From positions 1 through 26,153 of the IMG/VR virus record IMGVR_UViG_3300016472_000141: 26,153 nt of DNA. One strand, written 5' to 3'. How positions within the stretch are numbered: the first letter of the stretch is position 1; every line of letters starts with the position of its first letter. The translations under genes and the position numbers were made by a program. Of the stretch, positions 25,214-26,153 are shown piece by piece. The DNA is from a virus. Its lineage: Duplodnaviria; Caudoviricetes. Below the pieces are notes generated by a model. That model was not told the DNA's origin, ran no database searches, and worked only from the letters and a program-made list of their open reading frames with translations.

Positions 25214-25703
25214 CTGCCTCGATGCGCTTCGCTGCCTCGGCGAGCTTGGCGAGGTAGGTGGCCATGTTCTGCGGTGCCGAAGGGGCCTGCGGCCCCTCCT
25301 GCTTCACGACGAGCGGCGCTGCCGGGTCGCCGGCGAGCTGCGTGCGGTTGGTGCCGTAGAGGTGCGGGGCGAAGCAGGCGGCGCGCTTGAACGCCGTGTC
25401 TACCTGCAGCTTGGCGACCTGCACGTGCTCTGGGTCGGTGTCGCGTGCGATCTCGACGGCCTCCTCGATCCAGGCCCCGGCGCCGGCTTCGCGCGCGCGC
25501 GCGAACTGCCCGCCGAAGGATGGGTCGCGCTCGACCCAGTCGTAGATGGTCTGGCGCTTGGGCTTGCCTTCCTGTCGGCAGTAGGCGAGCAGCGAGCCGC
25601 CGTCGTACAGCCAGGCAAGGATTTCAGAGGCTGCTGGCTCTGGCGCGCCGGTGAAGGTCGGGGGCCGTCCGATCCTTTTTCCGTGCTTGGTGCGGCTGGT
25701 CAC
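25197..25703 (-). CDS. terS: Terminase small subunit (Sf6/P22-like HTH type)
   Basis: Start re-assigned to GTG 25703 (GTGA overlap). GRPPTF..EILAWLYDGGSLLAYCRQEGKPKRQTIYDWVERDPSF..QFARARE..APHLYG. Confidence 0.85.
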   Translation of the reverse strand: MTSRTKHGKRIGRPPTFTGAPEPAASEILAWLYDGGSLLAYCRQEGKPKRQTIYDWVERDPSFGGQFARAREAGAGAWIEEAVEIARDTDPEHVQVAKLQVDTAFKRAACFAPHLYGTNRTQLAGDPAAPLVVKQEGPQAPSAPQNMATYLAKLAEAAKRIEAGGEDS

Positions 25704-25969
25704 TGGAGTCGGTGTACCACGGTTGCGCCGTCTGTCCAGAGCTTGGCGGTGTCGAAGTCGACGAGCTGAGTGGCTTCGGTCTGGTGGTCGCGCCATTCGA
25801 CGGTCGCGGTGTCGCGGTGGACGGCGAGGATGGTGCGGGTTGACCCGTCGTGGTGTCGCAGGAGAGCTCCGACGAGGCGCTCCGCGGCGGTTGCGAAGTC
25901 GAGGAGTGGGCTGTTGACGCGGACTCGGAGTCCTCGCCGGAGTGGTCGGATGTGCGGTAGGTCGTCCAC
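25700..25969 (-). CDS. Hypothetical 89-aa protein translationally coupled to terS
   Basis: Its stop overlaps the terS GTG; GTG start at 25969 is uncertain. Confidence 0.55.
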   Translation of the reverse strand: MDDLPHIRPLRRGLRVRVNSPLLDFATAAERLVGALLRHHDGSTRTILAVHRDTATVEWRDHQTEATQLVDFDTAKLWTDGATVVHRLQ

Positions 25970-26010
25970 GTAGGCAGGTATGGTTCGGCAGTTTGGCTCC
26001 CGGTCTTTAC

Positions 26011-26153
26011 GGTATAGCCGTAATCCTTCAAGGTATACGCCTTGCCGTAATCTTGAAGCGTTGGAGTAGGGGTTATATGCTATTTGGTATGTAAGTAGTT
26101 ATATAATATATACTTACAAGATAATAGACTACAACACTTCAACACTTCAACAC
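26011..26153. repeat. AT-rich region with direct and inverted repeats (origin-like or regulatory)
   Basis: GCCGTAATC at 26017 and 26044; TGTAAGTA/TACTTACA inverted pair 26090-26118; CAACACTT tandem 26132-26153; TTGAAGCGTTGGAG (26053-26066) inverted against CTTCAACACTTCAA (26137-26150). Confidence 0.75.

Larger units (their letters stand above)
1..26153 (-). mobile_element. Temperate tailed phage/prophage segment (Mu-like head, non-contractile short-tail module, repressor, start of early region)
   Basis: Contiguous, tightly overlapping (ATGA/GTGA/TGATG) minus-strand genes with terminase, portal, gpF, protease, capsid and gpG motifs, plus an XRE repressor. No host housekeeping gene and no att boundary seen. 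Confidence 0.95.

Noticed and set aside
1520-25390. Long + strand ORFs (e.g. 1520..3409, 5917..8433, 15529..17658, 19108..20856, 22336..24600)
   Set aside because: Antisense shadows of the real minus-strand genes in high-GC DNA; Arg/Ala-rich with no recognisable motifs.
2708-25703. Gene transfer agent or contractile injection system
   Set aside because: No sheath or baseplate wedge recognised, and the adjacent repressor and phage-type early genes favour a genuine phage despite the GTA-like short tape measure.

Overview
High-GC window that is almost entirely one tailed temperate phage or prophage, read on the minus strand. From the right end: an AT-rich repeat/palindrome region, TerS, TerL and a Mu-like head module (DUF935-type portal, gpF, gpI protease with nested scaffold, cement, gpT capsid). 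Next come a neck gene in which a GH49/GH28-like beta-helix depolymerase is fused to a gp36-like adaptor, gpG, a tail tube, a terminator-like protein and two very short paralogous tape-measure-like proteins. These are followed by Dit-like, hub-like and large tail-tip genes, and a lysis-position cassette (holin-like, lipoprotein, helical protein) with no recognisable endolysin. An XRE repressor (+ strand) abuts this cassette, followed by divergent early genes; no integrase is seen. The strongest non-coding signal is a 14-bp parS-like palindrome (GTTCCACCTGGAAC) present three times. Each copy is followed on the minus strand, 20-21 nt later, by a TAnnnT -10 box and then, after a 7-nt gap, an A; in two cases that A starts an ATG. 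This looks like a conserved activator-dependent late promoter, one copy of which lies inside the protease gene upstream of a scaffold start. All family calls come from motif recognition by eye; no database searches were run.
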